This document shows positions 18,493-29,143 of a stretch of DNA of 64,000 bases, piece by piece. Under the pieces are notes generated by a model. The model did not search any database. It was not told the DNA's origin and saw only the letters and a list, made by a program, of their open reading frames with translations. Position numbers and translations under genes: made by a program. The number at the start of each line of letters is the position of its first letter. Position 1 is the first letter of the stretch. The DNA comes from Bacteroidales bacterium UBA755 (GTDB lineage: Bacteria; Bacteroidota; Bacteroidia; Bacteroidales; UBA932): positions 10,454 through 74,453 of the forward strand of contig DBKH01000101.1 in NCBI GenBank assembly GCA_002297815.1. Direction: 5' to 3'.

Positions 18493-19527
18493 CTAAACCT
18501 CAATCGAAGTCTTGAATTCGGAGAGGAAACGGAGGTCGTTCTCGAAGTAGTGACGGAGATCATTGACCTGCCACTTAAGCATGGCGATGCGCTCTAGGCC
18601 CATGCCGAATGCAAAACCACTGTACTTTTTGCTGTCAATGCCAGAAGCCTCAAGGACGTTCGGATCAACCATTCCGCAGCCCATAATCTCTAGCCAGCCG
18701 GTTCCCTTGCAGATGTTGCAGCCCTTGCCATGGCAGATGTTGCAGCTCACGTCTATCTCGCTTGAAGGCTCGGTGAACGGAAAATAAGAAGGACGCATCC
18801 TGATCTGAGTGTCTGGGCCAAACATCTCTCGTGCAAAAAGAAGAATCGCCTGCTTGAGATCAGCGAAAGTAACATTTTCGTCGATGTAAAGTCCCTCAAC
18901 TTGATGGAAAATGCAATGCGCACGAGCAGAAATTGCCTCATTTCTAAAGACACGACCAGGGCAGATGACGCGAATAGGGAGCTTCATGGTCTCCATGGAG
19001 CGCACCTGAACCGAAGAGGTGTGAGTTCTAAGCAGAAGTGGATTAGGATGCCCAGCAGAGACGAAGAACGTGTCCTGCATGTCTCTCGCAGGGTGATTAA
19101 GAGGGAAATTCAAGGCCTCGAACACATGGTAATCATCCTCAATCTCAGGGCCTTCCGCCACATCATAGCCAAACTTTCTGAATATGTCAACTATCTCTTG
19201 GCGAACAATAGAAACCGGATGCCTTGACCCCAACTCAAACGGGATTCCAGGCATTGATAAATCCTCTTTCGGGCCATCAGAATCACCCTCCGAAGATGTG
19301 TAATCCTTAAGTTCGTCTATTCGCGCCTGAGCAGCCTGCTTAAGCTCGTTTATCTTACGTCCAAATTCCTTCTTGAGCTCAGGACCGTAAGTTCTAAACT
19401 CATCGAAAAGCTTGGTGATCTCACCTTTTTTACCCAGAAGCCTTACTCTGGCCTCCTCAACTTCTTTGGCAGTCTTGCAATTCAACTCACGCACATCAGC
19501 GAGCAGTTGTTCTATTCGTTCTTTCAT
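18493..19527 (-). CDS. pheS: Phenylalanine-tRNA ligase alpha subunit
   Basis: HPARDMQDTF, LLRTHTSSVQ, RPSYFPFTEPS and GFAFGMGLER. Confidence 0.98.
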   Translation of the reverse strand: MKERIEQLLADVRELNCKTAKEVEEARVRLLGKKGEITKLFDEFRTYGPELKKEFGRKINELKQAAQARIDELKDYTSSEGDSDGPKEDLSMPGIPFELGSRHPVSIVRQEIVDIFRKFGYDVAEGPEIEDDYHVFEALNFPLNHPARDMQDTFFVSAGHPNPLLLRTHTSSVQVRSMETMKLPIRVICPGRVFRNEAISARAHCIFHQVEGLYIDENVTFADLKQAILLFAREMFGPDTQIRMRPSYFPFTEPSSEIDVSCNICHGKGCNICKGTGWLEIMGCGMVDPNVLEASGIDSKKYSGFAFGMGLERIAMLKWQVNDLRHYFENDLRFLSEFKTSIEV

Positions 19528-19553
19528 GATATTCCCGAAATATTCTTGCAAAT

Positions 19554-19991
19554 TTAATCATTTTCCGGCAGTTTGGCAGAAGACTTTTCCATCTTTGCCT
19601 TTCTTTTTTCGCGAGCCTTCTTCTCACGAGCAGCACCACTCTTGAGATACTTCGCCCATTGAGTGTCATTCAAGACCTTACGGAAAGCAGTGTAGATGTT
19701 CTCAGCCCACTTGTCGCTAGCATTCATGTAAAGATCCGAGTTTGAGACCTTTGCTGCCGCCAGACTATTGATTTCGGATTGCATAGCACGGTAGTCATGG
19801 TTAAGGATTGAATCCACATAGAAAACCTGCCAATCCTCCAATTTCAGAGACATTTCCAGCCTTGAAATTTCCTTGTCGATAAACTCAGCCATCTTCTTTT
19901 CTTGCTCCTCTGGGCTCGGCATTCCCTGCTGCGCGAAAGCCATGAAGGTAGAAAAGAACAGGCAGATGACTGCAAGAAAATAATTTTTCAT
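19554..19991 (-). CDS. Exported helical hypothetical protein
   Basis: Signal peptide MKNYFLAVICLFFSTFMAFA; L...Q..KY pattern and basic tail. Confidence 0.75.
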   Translation of the reverse strand: MKNYFLAVICLFFSTFMAFAQQGMPSPEEQEKKMAEFIDKEISRLEMSLKLEDWQVFYVDSILNHDYRAMQSEINSLAAAKVSNSDLYMNASDKWAENIYTAFRKVLNDTQWAKYLKSGAAREKKAREKRKAKMEKSSAKLPEND

Positions 19992-20048
19992 ATATTTACA
20001 CTTTCTAATAGAAGTAACAAATTTAAACAATAATAAGTAAATCGCAAA

Positions 20049-21815
20049 ATGGCAAGACACTCAACCATCTACATGTTGCTCGCAGTCATTGGCGTGCTGA
20101 CGGGGAATCTCAAGGCCGAGGCCTGCACGAACATCATCGTGACAAGAGGTGCCAGCACTGACAACTCGAACATCATTTCCTATGCTGCAGACTCTCACGT
20201 TCTCTACGGAGAATTGTACTTTCATCCCGCAGCTAATTGGAGGGCCGGAGCTATGCTCGACATCATAGACTGGGACTCCTACAAACCTCTTGGACAGATA
20301 CCTCAAGTCGCGCACACCTACAAAACGGTAGGCAACATGAACGAGCATCAACTCATCATTGCAGAGACGACATGGGGCGGAAGAGCTGAACTTGAAGATC
20401 CTACGGGAGTTATGGACTACGGCTCTCTGATCTACATCGCCTTGCAAAGGGCCCGCACCGCCAGAGAGGCAATCAAGGTCATCGTGGATCTTGCCAATGA
20501 ATATGGCTACGCGTCCTCCGGGGAAACATTTTCGATAGCGGACAAAGACGAGGCTTGGATCATGGATCTCGTCGGCAAAGGTTGCGAGATGAAGGATGGA
20601 AAGAATGTCAGGAAAGGGTTCGTGTGGGTGGCCATAAGGATTCCTGACGGCTACATCTGCTCGCATGCCAATCAGGCACGCATCCAGACTTTCCCATTGA
20701 ATGATCCTGAAAACTGCATCTATGCTCCTGATGTCATCTCTTTCGCTAGAGAAAAAGGCTACTTTGACGGCAAGGACGAAGATTTCGATTTCAGTGCAGC
20801 CTATGGCCCAGTCGATTTTGGGGCAGCAAGGGGATGTGACGCCAGAGCTTGGAGCGCGTTCAATCTCCTCTGCGATGGACAATTCACCTACGAGAAGGAT
20901 GGAAAGACCATCACGGAGCCGGCTTCTGCCTACTACGACTACATCACAGGCAAGGATCTCAGCCACAGAATGCCACTGTTCGTAAAACCTGCGAGAAAGA
21001 TTTCCGTGAAGAATGTCGCTGACGCTATGAGAGATCATTTCGAGGGCACACCATTGGACATGACCACTGACATCGGAGCTGGTGGCAATGCCCTGCCTTA
21101 CAGATGGAGGCCAATGGGATTCGAGTACAAAGGATGGAAATATGTCAACGAGAGGGCGATCGCCACTCAGCAGACTGGATTCTGGTTCGTCGGGCAGTCA
21201 AGGCACGATCTTCCGGATGTTGTCGGAGGTGTCATCTGGTTTGGAACCGATGATGCTGCCACATCCTACCTTACTCCGATCTACACATGCACGGACAAAG
21301 TGCCTGAGTGCTTTAAGGTTGGTAACGGAAGCATGCTGAAATACTCCCCTACTGCATCTTTCTGGATCAACAACCGCATAGCCAACGCCTGCTACAAAGC
21401 CTATAACATCATGGCTCCGACAGTTAAAGAAGCCATCGACAGTTTTGAGAACGAGCAGATGGGATCCAAACTTGCGGAAATGGACAGCAAGGCTCTTGAA
21501 GTCTATAATTCGATACTTCCTAAAGCCCAAAAGAAGGGTCTAGACAAGAAAGATTGGTTCGCCTCAGTAAGAAAGATGCTCACAGAATATTCAGTCAACA
21601 CTGCCCAGACTCAATTCGACAATTGGGTCGCCCTTGAAGAACTGCTTCTCGTGAAATTCATTGACGGCAATGTCAAAGCTCAGAACGAGGACGGATCTTT
21701 CAAGCACACAAAATGGCATGAGGGTACTCCTGAGGAACTTACACAGCCTGGCTACACTGAAAAATGGAAAGAAGCCGTTGTCAAGGACCACGGTGATGTA
21801 ATTAGGGAAAGATAA
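20049..21815 (+). CDS. C69 family dipeptidase
   Basis: Signal peptide followed by ACTN (N-terminal Cys nucleophile), GNMNEHQL.IAETT and SSGETFSIAD. Confidence 0.92.
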   Translation: MARHSTIYMLLAVIGVLTGNLKAEACTNIIVTRGASTDNSNIISYAADSHVLYGELYFHPAANWRAGAMLDIIDWDSYKPLGQIPQVAHTYKTVGNMNEHQLIIAETTWGGRAELEDPTGVMDYGSLIYIALQRARTAREAIKVIVDLANEYGYASSGETFSIADKDEAWIMDLVGKGCEMKDGKNVRKGFVWVAIRIPDGYICSHANQARIQTFPLNDPENCIYAPDVISFAREKGYFDGKDEDFDFSAAYGPVDFGAARGCDARAWSAFNLLCDGQFTYEKDGKTITEPASAYYDYITGKDLSHRMPLFVKPARKISVKNVADAMRDHFEGTPLDMTTDIGAGGNALPYRWRPMGFEYKGWKYVNERAIATQQTGFWFVGQSRHDLPDVVGGVIWFGTDDAATSYLTPIYTCTDKVPECFKVGNGSMLKYSPTASFWINNRIANACYKAYNIMAPTVKEAIDSFENEQMGSKLAEMDSKALEVYNSILPKAQKKGLDKKDWFASVRKMLTEYSVNTAQTQFDNWVALEELLLVKFIDGNVKAQNEDGSFKHTKWHEGTPEELTQPGYTEKWKEAVVKDHGDVIRER

Positions 21816-21817
21816 AG

Positions 21818-23908
21818 ATGAAGATAAAGAAGTACATGATGATTGCTGTGGCGCTGATAATCAGCGCCACAGCTTTCGCTGATGAAGGAATGTGGATGAT
21901 TCAGGACATCAATAAAGCCCTGGAAAAGAACATGAGGGCACGCGGACTCAAGCTCGCAGCAGGCGAAATCTACAACGAGGAAGCACCTGGGGCGGCTGTG
22001 TCAGATGCCGTTGTGTCACTCGGATTCTACTGCACGGGGAGTGTCATCTCCAACCAAGGGCTAATCATCACCAACCATCACTGCGCCTATTCCAACATCG
22101 CAAAGCTCAGTACAGCAGAGCACAATTACTTGGAAGAAGGTTTCTGGGCCATGAGCAGCGAACAAGAAATCCCAATTGAAGGAGAGAAAGTGTTTTTCTT
22201 GAAAAAGGTCATTGACGTCACTGAGGAAGTCAAAGGGCTAATGAAGGAACTCCGCGCAGCAAGAAAACCGTCAGGGATGCGAAAAATCAGTTCCATGATG
22301 GAAGAGCGCTACAACAAGGCCACTGGATTGGAATGCATTCTAAGCAGCATGTGGGCAGGTGAGAAGTATTACATGTCCGCCTACAAAGTCTATACTGATC
22401 TAAGGTTGGTGGCTGCCCCACCGCTAAGCATCGGCTATTTTGGTGGTAATCAAGACAATTGGACATGGCCACGTCACAACTGTGACTTCGCGATGTACAG
22501 AATTTATGAGGACGGAAAGCCTGTGACCAAGGAAAAGAGTCTGAAAATTTCTCTTGGGGGCTACCATCCTGGTTCTTTCGCCATGGTGATCGGCTATCCG
22601 GGCAAGACAGACCGATACGCTTCCTCAGCCGAAGTCGATTTTCAGGAGAGAGTCAGCCTTCCGTTGTCAAACGAGATTCGCGGAGGCCAGATGGGAATCA
22701 TTCGCAAATGGATGGACACGGACCCAGAAATCAGAAGGAAGTACTCAGATTGGTTTTTCTCCCTTAGCAATGTTCAAGAGAACAATGTGGGGATGGTGAA
22801 GTGCTTTAAACGATTCTGGGTCAAGGACGAAAAGGTGGCCCAAGAGAAGGAGCTGCAAGAGTGGATTGACGCAGCTGACAACCGCAAGGCAATGTGGGCC
22901 ACATTGATTCCGGATCTCAAGGAAGCATATTCCCAAACTGAAAGAGTCGAGAGGGATAAGGTTGTGTTTAGGGAAACGATGTTCAAGGGAATATTCATAA
23001 ACCGCTATCTCCTTAGGGCCGGAAATTCATCAAGTGTGGAAAAGGCCATTGAGACCCTGAAGGAAGGATTCAACGCGACTGATGCTAGAGTGGAAAAAGA
23101 GCTTCTTGAATATGCCTGCAAAGAGTATTTCGGGAACCTTGAGTTCAGCTACTACGGTAAGTACCAGACAAAGATGATGGATCGGTTCGGCAACGACTAC
23201 AAAGCTATGGCGGACTTCCTTTGGAACAAAAGTGTCGTCTCTTCTTTGGACAAGATTGAATCCATCGAATCTCTGGATCAGCTAAAGAATGATCCTCTGC
23301 GTTGCTTCTTGACTGACACTCCTATCACGGTGTTTAATGAAAGGAATGGGCAGATGGAAAAACGGCAGAGGGCTAACAAACTTGAGAAAGAGTATAAAAA
23401 AGCCCTTTACTGGATGAGGCTTCACAAAGACATCGAGCAGTACCCTGACGCAAATTCCACAATGAGAATCACTTATGGAACCGTTGGAGGTCTCCAGCCG
23501 AACGATGGCATCTGGTACAATTGGTACACTACTCCACAGGGCATCCTTGAGAAATACGATCCTTCCGACCATGACTACAATCTTTCAGATAAAGAAATAG
23601 CTCTTCTTAAGAAAGGACGTTGGGGGCGTTGGGGATTCTCTCTTGAAGGAAAACGCAATTCCATGATTGTCGATTTCATGACCGACAACGACATTACAGG
23701 AGGCAATTCAGGAAGTCCCGTACTAAATGCAAAAGGCGAGCTCATCGGATTAGCCTTTGACGGCAATCTCGAATCACTCGCCAGTGATGCGTCCTACACT
23801 GAGGGTTACAACAAATGCATCAACACAGACATCCGCTTTGTAATGTGGGTTCTTGACAAATATGCCGGGATGAAACGCATCGTCAAAGAACTTCGCTTTA
23901 GCAAATAG
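21818..23908 (+). CDS. S46 family dipeptidyl peptidase (DPP7-like)
   Basis: ADEGMW, TNHHC, NWTWPRH..DF, ITGGNSGSP and GLAFDGN (Gly at the S1 position, not the Arg of DPP11). Confidence 0.92.
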   Translation: MKIKKYMMIAVALIISATAFADEGMWMIQDINKALEKNMRARGLKLAAGEIYNEEAPGAAVSDAVVSLGFYCTGSVISNQGLIITNHHCAYSNIAKLSTAEHNYLEEGFWAMSSEQEIPIEGEKVFFLKKVIDVTEEVKGLMKELRAARKPSGMRKISSMMEERYNKATGLECILSSMWAGEKYYMSAYKVYTDLRLVAAPPLSIGYFGGNQDNWTWPRHNCDFAMYRIYEDGKPVTKEKSLKISLGGYHPGSFAMVIGYPGKTDRYASSAEVDFQERVSLPLSNEIRGGQMGIIRKWMDTDPEIRRKYSDWFFSLSNVQENNVGMVKCFKRFWVKDEKVAQEKELQEWIDAADNRKAMWATLIPDLKEAYSQTERVERDKVVFRETMFKGIFINRYLLRAGNSSSVEKAIETLKEGFNATDARVEKELLEYACKEYFGNLEFSYYGKYQTKMMDRFGNDYKAMADFLWNKSVVSSLDKIESIESLDQLKNDPLRCFLTDTPITVFNERNGQMEKRQRANKLEKEYKKALYWMRLHKDIEQYPDANSTMRITYGTVGGLQPNDGIWYNWYTTPQGILEKYDPSDHDYNLSDKEIALLKKGRWGRWGFSLEGKRNSMIVDFMTDNDITGGNSGSPVLNAKGELIGLAFDGNLESLASDASYTEGYNKCINTDIRFVMWVLDKYAGMKRIVKELRFSK

Positions 23909-23924
23909 CCTCTTCTTCAACGAA

Positions 23925-23962
23925 AAAAAATGCTAGCAAAAGAACTTTTGCTAGCATTTTTT
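23925..23962. terminator. Bidirectional terminator
   Basis: aaaaaatgctagcaaaag-aa-cttttgctagcatttttt between convergent genes. Confidence 0.85.
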
Positions 23963-23968
23963 CATCTA

Positions 23969-26161
23969 TTATTTCTTGTTGTTCAAAACAATCTGACCAC
24001 CTACAGCGTCAACTTCAATGACGGAATCCTTATGGACTGTTCCAGAGAGGATCGCTTTTGCAAGTTGATTTACTAACTCGCGCTGCATCAATCTCTTGAT
24101 AGGACGGGCTCCGTAAGCTGGATCGTAACCAGTAGTGACCATGTGGTCTTCAAAAGCCTTTGTAAACTCAATTGTAACACCTTCATCGGCAAGCCTATTC
24201 TGGAGCTGCTTCATCTGGATGTGAAGAATTTCGCGAATGTCATTCTGAGTCAGCGGATCAAACATGATAATCTCATCGATTCTGTTTAGGAACTCAGGCC
24301 TTACTGTTGTTTTTAGGACATCCATCACCTTCTCCTTGCACTCGTCCAAAAGCTCACGCCTTGTGGCAATCGCCCTCATCTCCTCGGCAGGATCAGCACC
24401 TGGCTGTCCGACTGCTGGAAGCTTGTCCATGTAGCCTTGTATGATGTCTGAGCCAACGTTGGAGGTCATGATCAAAATCGTGTTCTTGAAATCAACTGTA
24501 CGCCCTTTGTTGTCGGTCAGACGGCCATCGTCCAAAACCTGAAGCAAGACATTGAACACATCTGGATGAGCTTTCTCAATCTCATCCAAAAGGATGACAG
24601 AGTACGGTTTACGCCTTACAGCCTCGGTAAGCTGTCCGCCTTCATCATAGCCAACGTATCCCGGAGGCGCACCGACCAAACGGCTAACTGTGTGACGTTC
24701 CTGATACTCACTCATGTCAATCCTCGTGATCATGTTCTCATCGTTGAACAAGAACTCTGCAAGGGCTTTGGCCAATTCGGTCTTACCGACACCAGTTGTA
24801 CCCATGAAGAGGAATGAACCAATCGGTCTCTTCTCGTTTGAAAGTCCGGCTCTGCTACGCCTTACAGCATCAGCGACAGCCTGAATAGCCTGCTCCTGAC
24901 CTACCACTCTCTTGTGCAGTTCACTCTCAATCCTCAGAAGTTTCTCCTTCTCGCTCTCAAGCATCTTCTGCACTGGAATGCCAGTCCACTTGGCGACAAC
25001 CTCAGCGATGTCTTGAGGAGTAACAGCCTCTGTGACAATTGGATCCTTGATCTCAGCCTGCTTCTTGGTCAGCTCATCAATCTTCTTTTGAGCCTCTGCT
25101 ATCTTTCCATAGCGAAGTTCCGCAACTTTACCGTAGTCTCCAGCCCTCTCAGCGGCTTGGGACTCTATCTTGTAGTCCTCAATCTTCTGACGAGCCTCCT
25201 GAAGGCCTGCAAGAATCCCCTTCTCCTCATTCCATCTTTTCATCAAAACCTCACGAGCTTCCATCTTCTCGGAAAGTTCTTTCTCAATCTTTTCAGACTT
25301 CAAGGATGTGCCCTCACGCTTGATTGCCTCTTTCTCAATCTCCAACTGACGTATGTCACTGTTGAGTTCAGCTATCGGCTCTGGCACAGAGTTCATCTCC
25401 AGACGCAACTTGGAAGCTGCCTCATCCACAAGGTCAATGGCCTTGTCCGGGAGGAATCTGTTCGTGATGTACCTATGTGAAAGGTTGACCGCTGCAATCA
25501 ATGCATCATCTTCAATCTTTACCCTATGGTGGTTCTCGTACTTTTCTTTAAGACCTCTTAATATAGCGATTGACTCAGCAGGAGATGGTTCATCGACCAA
25601 GACCATCTGGAATCGACGTTCAAGAGCCTTATCGGCCTCGAAGTACTTTTGATACTCATCCAAAGTAGTAGAACCGATTGTTCTCAGTTCCCCTCTAGCA
25701 AGCGCTGGTTTCAAAATGTTTGAAGCATCCATCGCACCAGAAGAACGTCCTGCACCCACAAGTGTGTGAATTTCATCAATGAATAGGATGATCTCACCGG
25801 CACTGTCAACGACTTCCTTGACAACTCCTTTCAGACGCTCCTCAAACTCTCCTTGGTACTTTGCGCCAGCAATCAGCGCGCCCATGTCCAATGAATATAC
25901 CTTCTTGCTCTTCAGGTTCTCCGGCACGTCTCCATCAACTATCTTCTGAGCAATACCTTCGGAGATGGCGGTCTTGCCGACACCTGGCTCACCTACCAAA
26001 ATAGGATTGTTCTTGGTTCTTCTACTAAGAATCTGTAGAACCCTTCTAATCTCCTCATCCCTGCCGATCACAGGGTCAAGCTTACCTTGTGCAGCTTGCT
26101 CGTTGAGGTTGACAGCGAACTTGGACAGAAATTCCAATTTGTTGCTATTGTTGTTTTCCAT
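23969..26161 (-). CDS. clpB: ClpB-type AAA+ disaggregase lacking the N-terminal domain
   Basis: [31 protein letters not shown], coiled-coil M domain, GTTGVGKT and GAPPGYVGY. Confidence 0.92.
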   Translation of the reverse strand: MENNNSNKLEFLSKFAVNLNEQAAQGKLDPVIGRDEEIRRVLQILSRRTKNNPILVGEPGVGKTAISEGIAQKIVDGDVPENLKSKKVYSLDMGALIAGAKYQGEFEERLKGVVKEVVDSAGEIILFIDEIHTLVGAGRSSGAMDASNILKPALARGELRTIGSTTLDEYQKYFEADKALERRFQMVLVDEPSPAESIAILRGLKEKYENHHRVKIEDDALIAAVNLSHRYITNRFLPDKAIDLVDEAASKLRLEMNSVPEPIAELNSDIRQLEIEKEAIKREGTSLKSEKIEKELSEKMEAREVLMKRWNEEKGILAGLQEARQKIEDYKIESQAAERAGDYGKVAELRYGKIAEAQKKIDELTKKQAEIKDPIVTEAVTPQDIAEVVAKWTGIPVQKMLESEKEKLLRIESELHKRVVGQEQAIQAVADAVRRSRAGLSNEKRPIGSFLFMGTTGVGKTELAKALAEFLFNDENMITRIDMSEYQERHTVSRLVGAPPGYVGYDEGGQLTEAVRRKPYSVILLDEIEKAHPDVFNVLLQVLDDGRLTDNKGRTVDFKNTILIMTSNVGSDIIQGYMDKLPAVGQPGADPAEEMRAIATRRELLDECKEKVMDVLKTTVRPEFLNRIDEIIMFDPLTQNDIREILHIQMKQLQNRLADEGVTIEFTKAFEDHMVTTGYDPAYGARPIKRLMQRELVNQLAKAILSGTVHKDSVIEVDAVGGQIVLNNKK

Positions 26162-26232
26162 ATATTTAGATTTCTCCTTTTTTGGTCTTAGGACACTACC
26201 GCTCGCGGCCCGTGCCGGTTCACGTGACAGTA

Positions 26233-26264
26233 AAAAAGCCGTCCGATCCGAAGACCGAACGACT
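26233..26264 (-). terminator. secG terminator
   Basis: agtcgttcggtc-ttcg-gatcggacggct followed by a U-run on the minus strand. Confidence 0.75.
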
Positions 26265-26269
26265 AAAAG

Positions 26270-26311
26270 TCAAATTATGTTCCAAAGTCCGAGGACTGAC
26301 AAAATGTCAGT
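26270..26311 (-). promoter_or_regulatory. Candidate sigma-54-like promoter plus upstream palindrome for clpB
   Basis: TGGAAC-N5-TTGA (26284-26270) lies 10 bp from actgaca-aaa-tgtcagt (26295-26311). Confidence 0.45.
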
Positions 26312-26661
26312 TATTCAGCCGAAGAGTCAGTGGCAGGAGCCTCTTGAGCAGGATTGGCCTGCTGAATCGGAGCAGATGGGAACTCAGGCTGGGCAGCGGT
26401 GTTCTCAATCTTCTCAGTCAAGTCAACGCCAGAAACGGTTGTTTTGGTTGTGAAAGAGGTAACGATTGAGACAACGAGGATGAAAGCTACAAGTCCCCAA
26501 GAGAATTTTTCCAAGAAGTTAGCGGTCTGCCTTACTCCAAGTGTCTGATTGGCAGAAGTGAAATTGCTGGCCATACCCTGTCCCTTGCCATTCTGAAGCA
26601 GCACAACGATGATCAAAAGGATAGCTGCGATGACAATACAAACTGTGAGAAATGTAAACAT
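26311..26661 (-). CDS. secG: Preprotein translocase subunit SecG
   Basis: Two TMs with VLLQNGKGQGMAS..GVRQTANFLEK. Confidence 0.93.
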   Translation of the reverse strand: MFTFLTVCIVIAAILLIIVVLLQNGKGQGMASNFTSANQTLGVRQTANFLEKFSWGLVAFILVVSIVTSFTTKTTVSGVDLTEKIENTAAQPEFPSAPIQQANPAQEAPATDSSAE

Positions 26662-26672
26662 ATTCTTAAATT

Positions 26673-27365
26673 TTAATTTTCTTGTTGCAATTTTTCAATA
26701 AGGGATGCAAAGTAAGCACTTTTTTCCGGATAACGCAAGATTAGTCGGGAATAAATCTTCTTTGCTTCAACAAAATAGCCTTGATCAGCGTAGATTGCGG
26801 CCAAAGTTTCGGTACAAAAGCCGAACTCAGGATCCTCCCATTGTCTGCCGTCTGGTTCATCATAGTGGTCGCTCTTGAAATTGGAGAAGACATTATCCTC
26901 GTCTTTACGGACAGAGGCGTACTGCTCTGCGGAAAAGAAATCTCCTCCTGCGACACGGACTGTGCGGGTGTAAGGCACGGGGGCGGGTTGCGAGTTCGAT
27001 TGTTGTGCTTCGGGCGCTTCGACAGGCTCAGCGACCGAAGTGGATGGCTCAGCGACCGAAGTGGATGGTCCCTGAGCTTGTCGAAGGGACTCCGGGTTAA
27101 TATATTCCTTAATAAGATGCTCCACATCCTTGTCGGAATAGTCTTCCTTCACTATGGATCGGACAATGTCAGAAATCAGAGTTCTGGAGGCAACGTACAT
27201 GGCTGCGTCCGAATACTGAGCCTTCCCCCACTCGCTCCCCCCAACCTTTGACATCCTCACACACAGCTCCTTACGAGCAGCCCCGAACCAAGGGTAACGA
27301 TTGATTACCCCTGTCAGTTCATCCATTGTCAAGGACCCAAGATTCATCTTCTTCCCTCCGTCCAT
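26673..27365 (-). CDS. Conserved hypothetical protein with C-terminal TPR-like helix pair
   Basis: RYPWF near the N-terminus; C-terminal TETLAAIYADQG..AKKIY..LILRYPEKSAYFA. Confidence 0.8.
   Translation of the reverse strand: MDGGKKMNLGSLTMDELTGVINRYPWFGAARKELCVRMSKVGGSEWGKAQYSDAAMYVASRTLISDIVRSIVKEDYSDKDVEHLIKEYINPESLRQAQGPSTSVAEPSTSVAEPVEAPEAQQSNSQPAPVPYTRTVRVAGGDFFSAEQYASVRKDEDNVFSNFKSDHYDEPDGRQWEDPEFGFCTETLAAIYADQGYFVEAKKIYSRLILRYPEKSAYFASLIEKLQQEN
27017..27086. repeat. Family C REP-like inverted pair with 21-bp tandem duplication, in frame within the CDS
   Basis: cttcgacaggctcagcgacc ... ggtccctgagcttgtcgaag; ggctcagcgaccgaagtggat occurs twice (27025-27066). Confidence 0.88.
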
Positions 27366-27369
27366 GATT

Positions 27370-27885
27370 CTACCACTGGGCAACGCTGGCATTGAACATG
27401 TCCTCTACCAACTTTTCTACAATCTCTTGGCAAAGTGTGGACTCAACCGCGTCCAATGAATATGTCGAATCGTAATCCGAATAGGCTGAGAAGTTATTCT
27501 CGAAGTCATCCTCAGGATACTTTCTGTTGGTAAATTTCAGCTTGACAGTCACCGTAAGACGGTTCTGCGCGGCCACCTCATTTGCTGTCACGGCTGCGGC
27601 TCTCACCTCATAGCCAGTGACTTCTCCCTGAAGCTCAAGATCACCGTCCATTTCAACCTGCTCCAACTTGGTTAGCTTACGGAATTTGTCTTTCAAAGCT
27701 TCGGTAAGATCATTGCTCAGAGTCGGATTGACTTTCAGTGCCTTATATTCAAAATAATTGATAGTCACTGTTTTGACATCAGCTTGGATGGATGTGCCGG
27801 AAAAGGAGTATTTGACAATAGAGCACCCCCCTGTGGCAAGCACCGCCAACAAAGCAAGAATCGTAATTATCTTTTTCATATTCAA
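27370..27885 (-). CDS. LptE family lipoprotein
   Basis: Lipobox GGC, YSFSGTSI and C-terminal VEDMFNASVAQW. Confidence 0.8.
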   Translation of the reverse strand: MNMKKIITILALLAVLATGGCSIVKYSFSGTSIQADVKTVTINYFEYKALKVNPTLSNDLTEALKDKFRKLTKLEQVEMDGDLELQGEVTGYEVRAAAVTANEVAAQNRLTVTVKLKFTNRKYPEDDFENNFSAYSDYDSTYSLDAVESTLCQEIVEKLVEDMFNASVAQW

Positions 27886-27886
27886 T

Positions 27887-29143
27887 CTATTCAGGCTTTT
27901 TGTCTAGATGGTATTTTTCAATCCAACGGTAAAGGGTCCGTTCAGATATTCCTACTTCCTGAGCCGCCAATTTCCGATTCCCACCATGTTTCTCCAGAGC
28001 TTTTTCTATTATCTCTAGATTTGATTTTTTTAAGGAAAGATCTTGTACCTTAGCTGGTTCTCCGGCATGAATATTAACGACTTTCCCGATTGATTCACTC
28101 GTAACAGGAGTCCCAGCACCTTGCCATTCCGCCTCTTCCGGCTCTGGTGCTGATCTTAACGCAGGATGTAATGTTGTAGACCTAGTATCTGGATTTGAAT
28201 CAAGTCTAGCTTTAAGGCGATCTACCTCCTGTTTGAGATCAAAGATTGCTTTGATGATCATCTGCTTGTCAGAATCCGGCATCTGGCCAGAAGAAGGCTC
28301 TTTAGCTGCCACAGGAAGGAGAGTAGCCTCCTCCTTAGGCATGTAACGCGCCAAAGTGGCCGCGTCAACAACGCACTTTTCCGATGATCTTGTCAGCCTT
28401 TCTGACTCCAGTGCAGTGACAGTTTCTGCTATATTCTTAAGCTGGCGTATGTTCCCAGGCCAACGGTAGTTTATCAACATGTCAATGGCATCATTGGTCA
28501 ATGACACCTTGCTCATGCCGTATTTTTCCGAAAAATCAGATGTGAATTTTCTGAACAACAGATAGATGTCTTCTTTTCGTTCTCGCAGAGCAGGCATCCT
28601 GATCTGAATAGCGTTAAGCCTGTAATACAAATCTTCCCGGAACTTACCCTTACTTACAGCATAGAGAAGGTTTACATTCGTTGCCGCTATAACTCTCACA
28701 TCCGTCTTCTGGACTTTAGACGAACCCACTTTGATGAATTCCCCGCTCTGAAGAACCCTAAGTAATTTAGCCTGAGAAGCGAGCGGAAGCTCACCGATTT
28801 CATCAAGGAACAGAGTTCCACCGTCTGCCTCTTCAAAATAACCTTTCCTTGTCTCGACGGCTCCAGTAAAAGAACCCTTCTCGTGACCGAAAAGTTCAGA
28901 GTCAATAGTCCCTTCTGGTATGGCACCGCAGTTTACGGCAAAGTATTTGCTAGTCTTGCGGAGGCTGTTTTGGTGGATGATCTTTGGAATATTTTCTTTG
29001 CCGACACCACTCTCACCTGTAACAAGGACAGTCAGGTCGGTAGGGGCAACTGCTACAGCTGTCTCCAATGCTCTGTTAAGAGCGGCATCATTACCGATGA
29101 TGTCGTATTTATTTTTTAATCTTTGCAGTTCTTGTGAGTCCAT
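27887..29143 (-). CDS. Sigma-54-interacting Fis-family regulator without a sensory domain
   Basis: GESGVGKE, ELFGHEKGSFTGA, LFLDEIGE, WPGNIRQL and a C-terminal HTH. Confidence 0.93.
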   Translation of the reverse strand: MDSQELQRLKNKYDIIGNDAALNRALETAVAVAPTDLTVLVTGESGVGKENIPKIIHQNSLRKTSKYFAVNCGAIPEGTIDSELFGHEKGSFTGAVETRKGYFEEADGGTLFLDEIGELPLASQAKLLRVLQSGEFIKVGSSKVQKTDVRVIAATNVNLLYAVSKGKFREDLYYRLNAIQIRMPALRERKEDIYLLFRKFTSDFSEKYGMSKVSLTNDAIDMLINYRWPGNIRQLKNIAETVTALESERLTRSSEKCVVDAATLARYMPKEEATLLPVAAKEPSSGQMPDSDKQMIIKAIFDLKQEVDRLKARLDSNPDTRSTTLHPALRSAPEPEEAEWQGAGTPVTSESIGKVVNIHAGEPAKVQDLSLKKSNLEIIEKALEKHGGNRKLAAQEVGISERTLYRWIEKYHLDKKPE

